Made by a program: the position numbers and the translations under genes. A model generated the notes under the pieces. The model worked only from the letters and a program-made list of their open reading frames with translations. It was not told where the DNA came from and did not search any database. A stretch of 64,000 nt of DNA, from assembly GCA_963677435.1 (NCBI GenBank), contig OY781945.1, forward strand, positions 1,856,001-1,920,000, read 5' to 3'. Each line of letters starts with the position of its first letter. Within the stretch, counting starts at the first letter, position 1. This DNA comes from an uncultured Aliarcobacter sp. Lineage in GTDB: Bacteria > Campylobacterota > Campylobacteria > Campylobacterales > Arcobacteraceae. Below, piece by piece: positions 29,035 to 40,412 of the stretch.

Positions 29035-29115
29035 AACAAAGCCAATGTTCGCACGCATTAATTTTATTGTAAAATTAGTATTTTTTTTGTGTTGAGAAAA
29101 AAGATTGAATTTTAG

Positions 29116-29192
29116 TGGAGCTGGTGAAGGGAGTCGAACCCCCGACCTGCTGATTACAAATCAGCTGCTCTAGCCAACTGAGCTACACCAGC
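29116..29192 (-). tRNA. tRNA-Thr(UGU)
   Basis: GCTGGTGTAGCTCAGTTGGCTAGAGCAGCTGATT-TGT-AATCAGCAGGTCGGGGGTTCGACTCCCTTCACCAGCTCCA. Confidence 0.97.
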
Positions 29193-29223
29193 GCTTAAAA
29201 AAGCATTTACATTTGCTTTAAAA

Positions 29224-29300
29224 TGGTGTCAAGAGAGGGACTCGAACCCTCGACCTCCGGCTTATGAGACCAGCGCTCTAACCAGCTGAGCTACCTTGAC
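29224..29300 (-). tRNA. tRNA-Met(CAU), probably elongator
   Basis: GTCAAGGTAGCTCAGCTGGTTAGAGCGCTGGTCT-CAT-AAGCCGGAGGTCGAGGGTTCGAGTCCCTCTCTTGACACCA. Confidence 0.93.
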
Positions 29301-29340
29301 CTGAACATAAGACATCATTTTAAAACAAATGTTTTTAAAT

Positions 29341-29417
<77 letters not shown>

Positions 29418-29479
29418 ATTTTACACCAAAAAAATAGTAGAATCATAATTCTTTTACCATTTGGTGATTAAGTGCCGGA

Positions 29480-29508
29480 ATTATAGTCAAATAAATACCT
29501 AATGTCAA
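29480..29508 (-). promoter_or_regulatory. Sigma70 promoter of the tRNA operon
   Basis: TTGACA-17 bp-TATAAT on the minus strand, followed by a GC-rich discriminator (TCCGGCAC). Confidence 0.85.
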
Positions 29509-29582
29509 GACTTTTTATAGGATATTTTTTGATTTTTTGATATAATAATTACATAACAAATAATTAATTATAAAGAAGAACT

Positions 29583-30614
29583 ATGAATGCAATACAAAGA
29601 GTACAAGAAGCTATAAAAGAGATTCAAAAAGGTAATATGGTAATAATGTTGGATGATGAGGATAGAGAGAACGAGGGTGATTTAGTTTATGCTGCACCTT
29701 TAAGTAGCGCTGATAAAGTAAATTTCATGGCTACTCATGCGAAAGGTTTAATTTGTGTATCTGTAACAAAAGAGACTGCAAATAGATTACAACTAAATCC
29801 TATGGTTAGCTCAAATACATCATCTTATGAAACTGCATTTACTGTTTCAGTTGATGCAGCAGATGCAAGTACAGGAATTAGTGCAAAAGAAAGAGATGAT
29901 ACTATTAAAATACTTTCAAATCCTATTTCGAATGCACTTGAACTTGTTCGGCCAGGACATATATTTCCATTAATTGCAAAAGATGGAGGAGTATTAGTAA
30001 GAACAGGGCATACAGAAGGAAGTGTTGATTTATGTAAATTAGCAGGACTTAATGGTGAAGCTGTTATTTGTGAAATCATGAAAGAAGATGGAACAATGGC
30101 AAGAAGAGATGATTTAGATATATTTGCTGCTAAACATGATTTAAAACAAGTTTATATATCTGATTTAGTTGAATATAGATTATCTCATGAAAAATTGGTT
30201 GAGGAAATTTCAAGTACAAATAAGAATTTCTTCTCTTCAAATGTAATTCAAAAAGAGTTTAAAGATCATCTAGGAAATATACATACAGCTATTATTTGTG
30301 GTGGTATAAATGAAGTTACTCATGTTAAATTTCATACAATAGCTCCTGATCTTAATCTTTTTCTAAATGATGAAAAACTTCATTCTATGCTTAAAACAAT
30401 TAATTTTTTACAAGCTAAGGGTGGAATATTAATATTTTTAAGTGATGAAATGAGAAAAAAAGATTCACAAAAAGATTATGGAATAGGGGCACAAATTTTA
30501 AACTCTTTAAACATAAAACAAATAAAACTTATGACTAGTGGAGGGAAACACTCTTTTGTTGGTTTACAAGGTTTTGGTCTTGAAATTGTTGAGGAGATTC
30601 AAATAGAGTGTTAA
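29583..30614 (+). CDS. ribB: DHBP synthase fused to a degenerate GTP cyclohydrolase II-like domain
   Basis: DDEDRENEGD, RPGHIFPL, RTGHTEG, ICEI. The C-terminal domain lacks the Cys zinc ligands. Confidence 0.9.
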   Translation: MNAIQRVQEAIKEIQKGNMVIMLDDEDRENEGDLVYAAPLSSADKVNFMATHAKGLICVSVTKETANRLQLNPMVSSNTSSYETAFTVSVDAADASTGISAKERDDTIKILSNPISNALELVRPGHIFPLIAKDGGVLVRTGHTEGSVDLCKLAGLNGEAVICEIMKEDGTMARRDDLDIFAAKHDLKQVYISDLVEYRLSHEKLVEEISSTNKNFFSSNVIQKEFKDHLGNIHTAIICGGINEVTHVKFHTIAPDLNLFLNDEKLHSMLKTINFLQAKGGILIFLSDEMRKKDSQKDYGIGAQILNSLNIKQIKLMTSGGKHSFVGLQGFGLEIVEEIQIEC

Positions 30615-30630
30615 AACACTCTATTTGAAT
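30597..30630. terminator. Bidirectional hairpin
   Basis: ATTCAAATAGAGTGTT-AA-AACACTCTATTTGAAT, a perfect 16-bp inverted repeat between convergent genes. Confidence 0.7.
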
Positions 30631-31124
30631 TAATAAATTCCAGCAGCTGATTTTATTAATTCTAAAGTCTTTTGTGGAATTATTAAATCATTAGATAATT
30701 TATCTTGATTTTCTTTAAAGTATTTTGATTCTAATACAGTATTGATTTTATCTTCAAATTTTTGTATTACAGTTTCTTGAGTATCTTTATCTTCAATATC
30801 TAAAAATTGTCTAGGTTCTTGATTTATGATTCTGGCTAATCTATAACTGAATAAATACTCATTATCATAGTCTTCGTTAAATAAATTACATATTGTTTTA
30901 TAAACATCATTTAATTCTGCTTCATATTTTTTATAAATAATTCCTGCACTATCATTTAATGATTTTGTAAAATTATTATAATTTATGAATTGTTCTTTTA
31001 GAATATCTTCATCAACTGAGTCAGTATTAACATCATATTTTTTTGATAATAAATGTTTACAACAATAGTAAACAACATCCTCTTGAGTACTTTTAATGTT
31101 TGCTAAAAAATCTGATAATTTCAT
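30630..31124 (-). CDS. Hypothetical protein
   Basis: 164-aa ORF with GGAGA RBS. Confidence 0.75.
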   Translation of the reverse strand: MKLSDFLANIKSTQEDVVYYCCKHLLSKKYDVNTDSVDEDILKEQFINYNNFTKSLNDSAGIIYKKYEAELNDVYKTICNLFNEDYDNEYLFSYRLARIINQEPRQFLDIEDKDTQETVIQKFEDKINTVLESKYFKENQDKLSNDLIIPQKTLELIKSAAGIY

Positions 31125-31142
31125 ATATATTCTCCGTAGATT

Positions 31143-31176
31143 TTGTAATAAGAGTATATAAATACTCCTATTACAA
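31143..31176 (-). terminator. Hairpin downstream of pckA
   Basis: TTGTAATAGGAGTAT-N4-ATACTCTTATTACAA on the minus strand. Confidence 0.6.
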
Positions 31177-31198
31177 TTAATTTATAGAAAATTATATC

Positions 31199-32779
31199 TT
31201 ATAAAACTGGTCCTGCAGCTGTGAAATCAAATTCACTTTCTAAAGTTAAGTATTTTTTAAAGTTTTTGATATACATTGAAGCTAATTTTCTTTTTGTTTC
31301 ATCATAAGCTTCTTTATCTTTCCATGTATTTCTTGGATTTAAAATCTCAGTATCAACACCTTTTAGTGTTTTTGGTATTTTTAAATTAAATACCGGTAAA
31401 AGTTCAAATTCTGATTCATTTATTGAACCATCTAAAATACCATTTATACAAGCTCTAGTATTTTTGATACTCATTCTAGAACCAAATCCATAAGCTCCAC
31501 CTGTCCAACCTGTATTAACAAGGAATACATTTACTTTATGTTGGTCAATTTTTCTCCCTAATAATTCAGCATAAACTGTAGGATTTAAAGGTAAAAATGC
31601 TTCTCCAAAACATGAAGAGAAAGTAGCAACAGGTTCTGTTATTCCTCTTTCAGTTCCTGCAACTTTTGCAGTATATCCACTTAAAAAATAGTACATTGCT
31701 TGTTGTTTATCAAGTTTTGCAACAGGAGGTAATACCCCAAATGCATCTGCACATAGGAATATAATATTAGTTGGATGCCCACCTCTCATATCAGGAGTAT
31801 GGTTTGAAATATGAGATAAAGGATAAGAAACTCTAGTATTTTCAGTTTTTGAACCATCTGTATAATCAACTACACCATTTTCATCTGCAACTACATTTTC
31901 TAAAATTGCACCTTTTCTTATTGCATTAAAAATTTCAGGTTCTGAATTTTTATCAAGATTAATAACTTTTGCATAACATCCACCTTCAAAGTTAAAAATT
32001 CCTTCATCATCCCAACCATGTTCATCATCACCAATCAAAGCTCTGTTTGGATCTGTTGAAAGTGTAGTTTTTCCTGTTCCTGAAAGACCAAAGAATAATG
32101 CAGTATCACCATCTTTACCAATATTTGCAGAACAATGCATTGCTAGTTTACCTTCTAATGGAAGCCAGTAATTCATCATAGAGAATACACCCTTTTTCAT
32201 TTCACCTGCATACCAAGTTCCACCAATAATAGCAATATTATCTTCTACATTAAAAATAACATAAACTTCTGAATGTAAACCATGACTAGCATATGCCATA
32301 TCAACTGTTTTACAAGAGTTATATATAGTAAAATCGGGTTTGAAATTATCTAATTCTTCTTGTGTTTGTGGAAGTATAAACATATTTTGAATAAAATGTG
32401 CTTGCCATGCAACCTCTGTAATAAATCTAACAGATTTTCTTGAATCAAGTGAAGCTCCACAATATACATCTGTTACATAAAGATCTTTGTTACTTAATTG
32501 TTTTTTAGAAGTTTTAAATAAATCTTCATAAACATCTTTAGATACTTTTTTATTAATATCTCCCCATGCAATATACTTATTAGATGGATCTTGATTTACA
32601 AAAAACTTATCTTTAGGACTTCTTCCTGTAAAAATACCTGTATCGATCATTAATGCACCTGATGAAGATACTTTTGCACCTTCATTTTCAACAGCATCTC
32701 TTATTAATGTGTCAACATCCAAATTTCTTCTAATAATTCCAACGTTTTCTAAACCTAATGAGTCTTTAATTTCAGACAT
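31199..32779 (-). CDS. pckA: Phosphoenolpyruvate carboxykinase (ATP)
   Basis: [37 protein letters not shown]. Confidence 0.97.
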   Translation of the reverse strand: MSEIKDSLGLENVGIIRRNLDVDTLIRDAVENEGAKVSSSGALMIDTGIFTGRSPKDKFFVNQDPSNKYIAWGDINKKVSKDVYEDLFKTSKKQLSNKDLYVTDVYCGASLDSRKSVRFITEVAWQAHFIQNMFILPQTQEELDNFKPDFTIYNSCKTVDMAYASHGLHSEVYVIFNVEDNIAIIGGTWYAGEMKKGVFSMMNYWLPLEGKLAMHCSANIGKDGDTALFFGLSGTGKTTLSTDPNRALIGDDEHGWDDEGIFNFEGGCYAKVINLDKNSEPEIFNAIRKGAILENVVADENGVVDYTDGSKTENTRVSYPLSHISNHTPDMRGGHPTNIIFLCADAFGVLPPVAKLDKQQAMYYFLSGYTAKVAGTERGITEPVATFSSCFGEAFLPLNPTVYAELLGRKIDQHKVNVFLVNTGWTGGAYGFGSRMSIKNTRACINGILDGSINESEFELLPVFNLKIPKTLKGVDTEILNPRNTWKDKEAYDETKRKLASMYIKNFKKYLTLESEFDFTAAGPVL

Positions 32780-32808
32780 AATTTAACTTTCCTACTTGTT
32801 AATTTTAA

Positions 32809-34140
32809 TTATTTAAATATCGATAAAAGGACACCAGCAGCAACTGCTGAACCAATTACCCCAGCCACATTAGGACCCATCGCATGCATTAATAAAATGT
32901 TCGATTTGTCATAAAGCTGACCTTCTTTACTTACAACCCTTGCTGCCATTGGCACAGCTGATACTCCTGCTGCTCCAATCAAAGGATTGATCTGATTATC
33001 TTTTGAACTTACTAAATTCATTAATTTAGCCATTATAACACCCATTGCTGTTCCTGCACTAAATGCCAAAAGACCTATTATCATAATTCCCATTGTCTCT
33101 GCTACTAAGAATTGCTCTGATGCTAGTTTTGAACCAACACCTAATCCTAAAAATATAGTTACAATATTGATTAATGCGTTTTGCATTGTATCAGAAAGTC
33201 TATCAACAACTCCTGATTCTTTCGCAAAATTTCCAAAGCATAATGCTCCAATTAATGGTGCTGCATCTGGCAATATTAAAATTGTTAGTGTTAATACTAC
33301 TAAAGGAAAGATGATTTTCTCTAGTTTTGAAACCTTTCTTGTAGATTTCATTTTTATTCTTCTCTCACTATCTGTTGTTAACATCTTCATAATTGGAGGT
33401 TGAATAACTGGTACTAATGCCATATATGAATATGCTGCTACTGCTATTGCTCCTAATAACTCAGGTGCTAAAGCAGAGGCTATAAATATAGATGTTGGTC
33501 CATCAGCTCCTCCAATAATAGAAATAGCTGCTGCTTGTTGAAGTGTAAAATCGATCCCTGGAACATATTGAGAAAGAACAACAGCACCAACAAGTGATCC
33601 AAAAATACCAAACTGTGCAGCACCACCAAGAAGGGCAGTTTTTGGATTAGCTAATAATGGACCAAAGTCTGTCATAGCTCCCACACCCATAAATATTAAT
33701 AATGGGAAAAACTCATTTGCAATTCCCATATTATAAATAATACCTAACATCCCATGGTCACTTGCCATATTAGCAATTGGAATATTTGCTAATAATCCAC
33801 CAAATCCAATTGGAAGTAGTAATAATGGTTCAAATCCTTTTTTAATTGCTAAATAAAACAATAAAAAACAAATAAGAATCATAATAACTCTACCACCACT
33901 TTGGGCAAATAGACTCATTTCTAATCCTCTTGAATCTTTTACACCTTCATGGGGTTGTAGCAGTGCTTTTATTCCAGTTGTTGCATAAAATGATGCTACT
34001 AATTCACCCATTGTTTTTGAGTGATAAGTCTCTTTATCTTGTGTATTTACAACTGACTCTGAATTTGTTGACGCAAAGCTAGTAGATGTAAAAAGTGTAA
34101 ACACAAGAAAAAAAGCTACTAATATATTTTTTTTCATCAA
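32809..34140 (-). CDS. oadB: Na+-translocating decarboxylase beta subunit
   Basis: [41 protein letters not shown]. The start may be one codon later. Confidence 0.93.
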   Translation of the reverse strand: MMKKNILVAFFLVFTLFTSTSFASTNSESVVNTQDKETYHSKTMGELVASFYATTGIKALLQPHEGVKDSRGLEMSLFAQSGGRVIMILICFLLFYLAIKKGFEPLLLLPIGFGGLLANIPIANMASDHGMLGIIYNMGIANEFFPLLIFMGVGAMTDFGPLLANPKTALLGGAAQFGIFGSLVGAVVLSQYVPGIDFTLQQAAAISIIGGADGPTSIFIASALAPELLGAIAVAAYSYMALVPVIQPPIMKMLTTDSERRIKMKSTRKVSKLEKIIFPLVVLTLTILILPDAAPLIGALCFGNFAKESGVVDRLSDTMQNALINIVTIFLGLGVGSKLASEQFLVAETMGIMIIGLLAFSAGTAMGVIMAKLMNLVSSKDNQINPLIGAAGVSAVPMAARVVSKEGQLYDKSNILLMHAMGPNVAGVIGSAVAAGVLLSIFK

Positions 34141-34155
34141 TTCCCTTTTATAACA

Positions 34156-35982
34156 TTAACCAATAATGGCTAATGTTTCTCCCTCATCTACAGCTTGAGT
34201 ATTATTAACTAAAATTTTAGTAATAGTTCCAGCAACTGGTGCATTAATCTCTATTTCCATTTTCATAGCTTCTAAAATCATAATTTGTTGATCAGCTTCA
34301 ACATAATCACCTTCTTTTACAAGAATCTTCCAAACTGCACCATTAACAGCAGCAGGAACAGCAGTTCCTCCACTTGTAACAGGTGCAGCAGCTGGAGAGG
34401 CTACTGTATTATTTACTACATTAGTATTAGCAACAGGTGTTACTTGAATATCAGCATTACCTTCAGCAATAGTTACATTAAACTTTTGACCATCAACAAC
34501 AACTGTATAATTTCCACTTGAGTTATTCATTTTCTTCTCTCCTAATTTACAATCTTTATCATCTTCACAAACAGCATCATTTTTTCTTACATTAAAAGGT
34601 GATTCACCTTTTAAGAAAGCAATACCTTTTTCATCACAAGCAGCTGCAATAAAGATATTTTCTTCAGTTGTAGCAATACCTTCTAATTCTAATCTTTGTT
34701 TCCAAACAGAGATTTTTTTCTTTTCATCTCTATCTGCAATATCTAAAGGATTTTCACTAGTTGGTTCTAGTTTTAATTTTTGTGCAGCTAAGGCTATAAT
34801 TTCTGGGTCAGCAGGAACAGGAGTTTTACCAAAGTATCCTAATACCATTTTCCCATAACCAGGAGCAATTTGTTTCCAAGGTCCAAACATTACATTTGCG
34901 TATGCTTGTTGCCAATAAAATTGAGAAACAGGAGTTACAGATGTACCATATCCACCTCTTTCAACTACTTCTCTCATAGCTTTAATAACTTCAGGGAATT
35001 TATCTAAAGTTCCATTATCTCTCATCATTTGAGTATTAGCAGTTAATGCGCCACCTGGCATTGGAGAAAAAGGAATTAAAGGAGAAACTTGTGTAGCTTC
35101 AGGGGGAATAAAGTAATCTTTTAAACAGTGATTTAATGTTTCTTGGTATTTTAGAATCTTTTCAATTTCTAAACCACCCAGATCATAATTTTTACCTTTT
35201 ACAGCATGAAGCATAGTAAGAATATCAGGTTGACTAGTTCCACCACTTACAGGAGAAGCAGCTAAATCAATACCATCAGCACCAGCATCTAAAGCAGCTA
35301 AATAACATGCAACTGAAACACCAGCAGTTTCATGGGTATGAAGTCTAATATGAGTATTATCTCCAACTAATCTTCTTGCCATTTGAATTGTTTCATATAC
35401 TTTTTGAGGCGAGCTTGTTCCAGAAGCATCTTTAAAACAGATTGAATCATAAGGAAGTCCACTATCAAGAATTTGTCTTAATGTTTTTTCATAAAAAGCA
35501 ACATCATGAGCACCAAAACAACCAGGAGGTAAATCCATCAATGTGATTACTACTTCATGGTTTAAACCATATTTTTTAATACATTCAGCAGAATATTCAA
35601 GATTTTGAACATCATTTAAAGCATCAAAGTTACGAATAGTTGTTGTTCCATGTTTTTCGAACATTTTTGCATGTAAGTCGATTAGTTCTCTTGATCCCGT
35701 ATCTAGCATAACTGTGTTTATACCACGAGCCAAAGTTTGTAAGTTTGCATCTGGGCCAACGATTTGCCTAAATTTATCCATCATATCAAATGCATTTTCT
35801 TGAAGATAGAAGAATAAAGATTGGAACCTAGCTCCTCCACCGAACTCAAAGTGAGTTATCCCAGCTTCTTTTGCAGCAGCAACTGCTGGAAAGAAATCAT
35901 TCATTAGAACTCTTCCTCCAAAGACAGATTGGAATCCATCCCTAAAAGTTGTGTCCATGATATCTATATATTTTTTAGACAT
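34156..35982 (-). CDS. oadA: Oxaloacetate decarboxylase alpha / carboxyltransferase-biotin carrier subunit
   Basis: DTTFRDGFQS, LHTHET, VTPVSQ, C-terminal EAMKM biotin motif; lies between oadG and oadB. Confidence 0.88.
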   Translation of the reverse strand: MSKKYIDIMDTTFRDGFQSVFGGRVLMNDFFPAVAAAKEAGITHFEFGGGARFQSLFFYLQENAFDMMDKFRQIVGPDANLQTLARGINTVMLDTGSRELIDLHAKMFEKHGTTTIRNFDALNDVQNLEYSAECIKKYGLNHEVVITLMDLPPGCFGAHDVAFYEKTLRQILDSGLPYDSICFKDASGTSSPQKVYETIQMARRLVGDNTHIRLHTHETAGVSVACYLAALDAGADGIDLAASPVSGGTSQPDILTMLHAVKGKNYDLGGLEIEKILKYQETLNHCLKDYFIPPEATQVSPLIPFSPMPGGALTANTQMMRDNGTLDKFPEVIKAMREVVERGGYGTSVTPVSQFYWQQAYANVMFGPWKQIAPGYGKMVLGYFGKTPVPADPEIIALAAQKLKLEPTSENPLDIADRDEKKKISVWKQRLELEGIATTEENIFIAAACDEKGIAFLKGESPFNVRKNDAVCEDDKDCKLGEKKMNNSSGNYTVVVDGQKFNVTIAEGNADIQVTPVANTNVVNNTVASPAAAPVTSGGTAVPAAVNGAVWKILVKEGDYVEADQQIMILEAMKMEIEINAPVAGTITKILVNNTQAVDEGETLAIIG

Positions 35983-35987
35983 ATATT

Positions 35988-36239
35988 TTAACCCTTTAGA
36001 TTTTTATGATGTTGCACTGCTGCAACTATTGCGGCTATTTTTGCAGTTTCTACATTTGTATTATTCGCTTTTACTGGTGTTGTTACTACACTTACAATTT
36101 TTTCTTTTTGTGGAAAAAATCTTGTTAGTATTGCTCCTTGTGCTTTTAATACAAATATCATTATTATTAGGAATGCAAATACTACGCCCATCCCTAAAAA
36201 CATGAATTTTATTGACTCTGCTACTAAGTTTATTTCCAT
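35988..36239 (-). CDS. oadG: Oxaloacetate decarboxylase gamma subunit
   Basis: MFLGMGVVFAFL...IAAIVAAVQHH. Likely start at 36239 after GGAGAG. Confidence 0.88.
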   Translation of the reverse strand: MEINLVAESIKFMFLGMGVVFAFLIIMIFVLKAQGAILTRFFPQKEKIVSVVTTPVKANNTNVETAKIAAIVAAVQHHKNLKG

Positions 36240-36510
36240 AATACTCTCCATGGTTACCATCTGTAATTGTCAATGTAATAATATATAAAAGTTGCTTTAG
36301 TAATATTTATATTTTGATTTGATTATTGTTAAATTTATAAATTTTACTGAGTTTTAGTTATTATAATATTTTTTCTCCAAATTCATAAATTAAATTATCT
36401 AATTTAATTAATATTTTTATTATATCTGCTTTTGTTTTTATCAATTTCACTGACATTTTGAATCCTTTTTAATAAAATATTTCAAATATTATAATATTTA
36501 TTTAAAATAC

Positions 36511-36539
36511 TTGAAAAATATTTCATTTTGTAATATAAT
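36511..36539 (+). promoter_or_regulatory. Sigma70 promoter with an embedded imperfect palindrome (candidate autoregulatory operator)
   Basis: TTGAAA-17 bp-TATAAT; ATATTTCA-TTT-TGTAATAT fills the spacer and overlaps the -10. Confidence 0.55.
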
Positions 36540-36567
36540 TGTTCTAATATTAAAAAAAGGAAAACTT

Positions 36568-37224
36568 ATGTTAATAGTTGATGAAATTATTGAAAAGTTA
36601 AAAGATATTTTAAGTGCAGATGGTAGAAATGGCAAAATATTTGATAAAGATGTTGCAAATTCTTTAGAATTGAGCCAAGCAAATTTTGCAACTATGAAAA
36701 ATAGAGGTAAAATTCCTTTCTCAAATATCTTAAATTTCTGTGCAAAAAAGAAAATCTCAATTAATTGGCTTTTATATGATCAAAATCCAGGTTCACTAGT
36801 TGATACAACAGATAAATATTGGATTAAATATTATCCATCCGTTTCAGTTAGTGCAGGAGGAGGAGCATATGAAGCAGAAGATGCTTATGAATCACTACAA
36901 TTACCAACTTATTTTGTAAGTATGTTAGGTGGAAAAGAAAATTTAAAAAACATTGATGCTATTAATGTTGTAGGAGATTCAATGGAACCCACATTAAATA
37001 GTGATAACATTATATTTATTGATAAAACAAAAAAAGATTTAAGCAGAGATGGAATTTATGCCTTTACCACAACACATGGATTATTTGTAAAAAGAATTCA
37101 AAGAAGAGTTGATGGAAAGTTAGATATTATTTCTGATAATAAGGATTATCCATCTCAAATTTTAAATAAAATGGAATTAGAGATATTAGGAAAAGTTATA
37201 AGTTCTTTTGGAATGGTTTACTAA
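36568..37224 (+). CDS. CI/LexA-like repressor (HTH + S24 autoprotease)
   Basis: Phage-CI-type HTH (DVANSLELSQ...ISINWLL), SAGGG cleavage site, VGDSMEP (Ser), FVKR (Lys). Likely start at 36568. Confidence 0.88.
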   Translation: MLIVDEIIEKLKDILSADGRNGKIFDKDVANSLELSQANFATMKNRGKIPFSNILNFCAKKKISINWLLYDQNPGSLVDTTDKYWIKYYPSVSVSAGGGAYEAEDAYESLQLPTYFVSMLGGKENLKNIDAINVVGDSMEPTLNSDNIIFIDKTKKDLSRDGIYAFTTTHGLFVKRIQRRVDGKLDIISDNKDYPSQILNKMELEILGKVISSFGMVY

Positions 37225-37227
37225 ATT

Positions 37228-38226
37228 TTAAAAAAGTGTTAAACTTTTTTCACTTTTTAATAAGTACTCTTGAACTTGATTATAATTAAAACCCATTAGA
37301 TATATAGCATTAAATTTTATCTTTTTTAAAATAGGTTTTAATTCATCAAGTTCTTTTATAATAATTTGTTCATCTTCTTTTAAATATTCAGTATAATTAG
37401 TAGTTATAAAAATAGTTCTTGCATATTTATACTTTTTTCGCATATATAAAATTTCATTTGCATATAAACTTTGTGTGTCTTGTGCAACAATAAATCTATC
37501 ACTTCTACCAAATTCAATTAAATTAAAATTTCTATCTATAAAAAGTGGTTTTAGATTATTAAACATTTTTAATTTTGAGAAATCCATATTTCCACCTAAA
37601 AAAATATGGATTCTTAAAAATTGAGCTAAGTATAAACTAGGAATTTTTATTTTTGAAAAGTATTGATTATTAAATGAAAAAGAGGTTTCAAATAGTGAAT
37701 GTTCTATTAAATTTTCTATTTCTAATTTATTAGCAATTTTAGTAAAATCTTTATTATCAGGATAGATTTTATTTAATATATCTTCATTTAAAGAGATGAT
37801 AATATCATCTTGTTCAATTTCATCAATATTTTTGAATAAATTTTCTAGTTTTGTTGGTATTAATTTAATAGACTTTGTAAAAGTCGAAGAATAAATCTTT
37901 AATAATTGATAAGTTATCTTATCGCAAAAGTAAGCTTCTAAATTTACAATTGATAATTTATATCTAATTAGTTTTATTATGCAAGCATTAATATCTTTTA
38001 CTTTTATCCAAGCTATCTCATTATCAATAATTGCTGAATTTGTATCTAATATAAGTGCAAAAGCACCATTTTTTATAGCTACTTCTATATCATTCAAATC
38101 TTTAACAATGAATAAATCACCTTCTTTTACTTTGTTAGGATTAGTTTTAATAGAATAGATGAAAGAGATTGATGGAGAGTTTAATAAACTTCCATCAACA
38201 ATATCTAAAATAGATGATATTTGCAC
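37228..38226 (-). CDS. Conserved hypothetical protein with a Mur-ligase-like N-terminal domain
   Basis: KVKEGDLF...AIKNGAFA resembles the MurE/F N-domain; no Mur P-loop seen. Confidence 0.65.
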   Translation of the reverse strand: MQISSILDIVDGSLLNSPSISFIYSIKTNPNKVKEGDLFIVKDLNDIEVAIKNGAFALILDTNSAIIDNEIAWIKVKDINACIIKLIRYKLSIVNLEAYFCDKITYQLLKIYSSTFTKSIKLIPTKLENLFKNIDEIEQDDIIISLNEDILNKIYPDNKDFTKIANKLEIENLIEHSLFETSFSFNNQYFSKIKIPSLYLAQFLRIHIFLGGNMDFSKLKMFNNLKPLFIDRNFNLIEFGRSDRFIVAQDTQSLYANEILYMRKKYKYARTIFITTNYTEYLKEDEQIIIKELDELKPILKKIKFNAIYLMGFNYNQVQEYLLKSEKSLTLF

Positions 38227-40175
38227 TAGCTTATTTTTGTTCCAGATTTTTTAGGCGCTTCTGGTCTTATTAATGATAAACCATTTTCATCTTTAGCTGC
38301 CATCAACATACCTTCACTTAACATTCCCATTAATTTTGCAGGTTTTAAATTAGCTACAACACAAGCTTGTGTTCCTACTAACTCTTCAGCAGAATAATAC
38401 TCTTTAATTCCAGCTAAAATTTGTCTATTTCTTCCTTCACCTAAATCTACTTGTAATTTTAGAAGTTTTGCAGACTTTGGAACTTCTACTGCTTCAACAA
38501 TAGTTCCAATCTTTAATGTTGTTTGAAAAAATTGATCAATTGTAATTAAATTATCATCTTCTACAATAGCAATTTCTTCTTTTTTTGTTTCACATTCAGT
38601 TTTTGAAATATCAGAAGATGCTGGTTGTTCTAATAAAATCTCCTCAATTCGGGGGAATAGTTGGTCAACTTTTGTAATAACTGTATCATCTAATAAAGCC
38701 TTATTTAGAATCAAAGAGTTATAAGTTGTAGTATCTATTTTCATTCCTAATGACTCTGCTATTTTTGCAATTTTTTCAGGCATAACAGCATCTAAAAGTA
38801 GGGCAACTTTCGCCATAATATTTGTAATTAATGCAACTAAAGCCATAGCTTCATCAGCTTTTCCATCTTTCATTAAATTCCATGGTTCATAATCATTAAT
38901 TGCTTTATTTGCAATTGTTAATACTTTCCATAAATCTTCTAAATATCTATTAAGTTGCATATTAAAAATATAAGCTTCTACATTTTCTAAAATTGCATTT
39001 ACTTCTGCTAGTTCTTTTGCATGAAATTTTTCAACATTAACTGAGCTTACTTTATAATCAAAATATTTGCCACTCATTCCAGAAATTCTATTTAATAAAT
39101 TTCCTAAATCATTTCCTAAATCTGAGTTAATTCTATCAATTAAAGCTTTTTGAGAAAAATCTCCATCTTGCCCAAATGGAACTTCTCTTAACATAAAATA
39201 TCTAAATGCATCAAGACCATAAGCATCAGCTACAACTTTAGGATCAACAACATTTCCTTTAGATTTTGACATTTTTTCGCCATCTCTTGTCCACCAACCA
39301 TGAGCAGCAATGTGTTTTGGAAGAGGCAATTCTAGTGACATTAAAAATGCAGGCCAATAAATAGCATGAAATCTTAAAATATCTTTTCCAACAAGTTGCA
39401 CATTTGCAGGCCAGAACTTCATATTAGCCTCATCTGTTCCATATCCAAGTGCAGTAATATAGTTCATTAAAGCATCAAGCCACACATACATAACATGTTT
39501 TGGTTCATTCATTGATTCTGGTAATTTAACACCCCAATCAAAAGAAGTTCTAGAAATTGATAAGTCTCTTAATCCACTTTTTACAAAGTTTGAAATCTCA
39601 TTTTTCTTTGCTCGAGGTAAAATACAATCTTCATTTTCTTCATACCATTTAATTAGTTTATCTTCATATTTTGATAATTTAAAGAAATAACTCTCTTCTT
39701 TTACAATTGAAGTAGCTCTTCCACAGTCTGGACAAAATTGTTCGTCTACTAATTGTTTTTCAGTAAAAAATGTTTCACAAGATACACAATAAAAACCTTC
39801 ATATTCACCTTTGTAAATATCACCTTTATTGTACATTGTTTCAAAAGCTTTTTGAACACCTAATTTATGTTCCTCATCTGTTGTTCTAATAAATTTATTA
39901 TAAGAAATATCAAAATCATCCCATAATGTTCTAAATTTACCAGATATTTCATCTGCATACTCTTTTGGTGTTTTTCCCCTAGCTTCTGCACTTTGAGCAA
40001 TTTTTTGCCCATGTTCATCAGTACCAGTTAAAAGGAAAGTATTTAAGCCTGTTAATCTTGAATATCTAGCTAACATATCAGCTATAATCGTAGTATATGC
40101 ATGACCAATATGAGCTACATCATTTACATAATAAATTGGTGTTGTTATATAAACATTTTTACAAGATTCTTCCAT
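38226..40175 (-). CDS. metG: Methionine--tRNA ligase
   Basis: TTPIYYVN, HIGH, YVWLDAL, KMSKS, C-terminal tRNA-binding domain. Confidence 0.97.
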   Translation of the reverse strand: MEESCKNVYITTPIYYVNDVAHIGHAYTTIIADMLARYSRLTGLNTFLLTGTDEHGQKIAQSAEARGKTPKEYADEISGKFRTLWDDFDISYNKFIRTTDEEHKLGVQKAFETMYNKGDIYKGEYEGFYCVSCETFFTEKQLVDEQFCPDCGRATSIVKEESYFFKLSKYEDKLIKWYEENEDCILPRAKKNEISNFVKSGLRDLSISRTSFDWGVKLPESMNEPKHVMYVWLDALMNYITALGYGTDEANMKFWPANVQLVGKDILRFHAIYWPAFLMSLELPLPKHIAAHGWWTRDGEKMSKSKGNVVDPKVVADAYGLDAFRYFMLREVPFGQDGDFSQKALIDRINSDLGNDLGNLLNRISGMSGKYFDYKVSSVNVEKFHAKELAEVNAILENVEAYIFNMQLNRYLEDLWKVLTIANKAINDYEPWNLMKDGKADEAMALVALITNIMAKVALLLDAVMPEKIAKIAESLGMKIDTTTYNSLILNKALLDDTVITKVDQLFPRIEEILLEQPASSDISKTECETKKEEIAIVEDDNLITIDQFFQTTLKIGTIVEAVEVPKSAKLLKLQVDLGEGRNRQILAGIKEYYSAEELVGTQACVVANLKPAKLMGMLSEGMLMAAKDENGLSLIRPEAPKKSGTKIS

Positions 40176-40205
40176 TGTTACCTCTTTTTCTTTTTTATAA
40201 TTATA

Positions 40206-40412
40206 TTAAAATTCAAATCCACCGCCAGCACCTTTATTCATAGATTCATAAACGGCTATAACATACTTTTTTCTTAATTCACATTCAAAAAATTTACTAC
40301 AATCTGAACATGATTTTAAACTATTTGATTCTTGACAAGCTTTTAATTCAACTAGCATTTTATCTAGTTTTATATCCCATTCATCAATAACTATATTTTC
40401 ATGATTAGACAT
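40206..40412 (-). CDS. Conserved small Cys-rich protein
   Basis: CQ..SCSDC...C...[14 protein letters not shown], between fbp and metG. Confidence 0.75.
   Translation of the reverse strand: MSNHENIVIDEWDIKLDKMLVELKACQESNSLKSCSDCSKFFECELRKKYVIAVYESMNKGAGGGFEF

Noticed and set aside
36568..37224. Prophage around the CI-like repressor
   Set aside because: No cro, integrase, replication or structural genes nearby.
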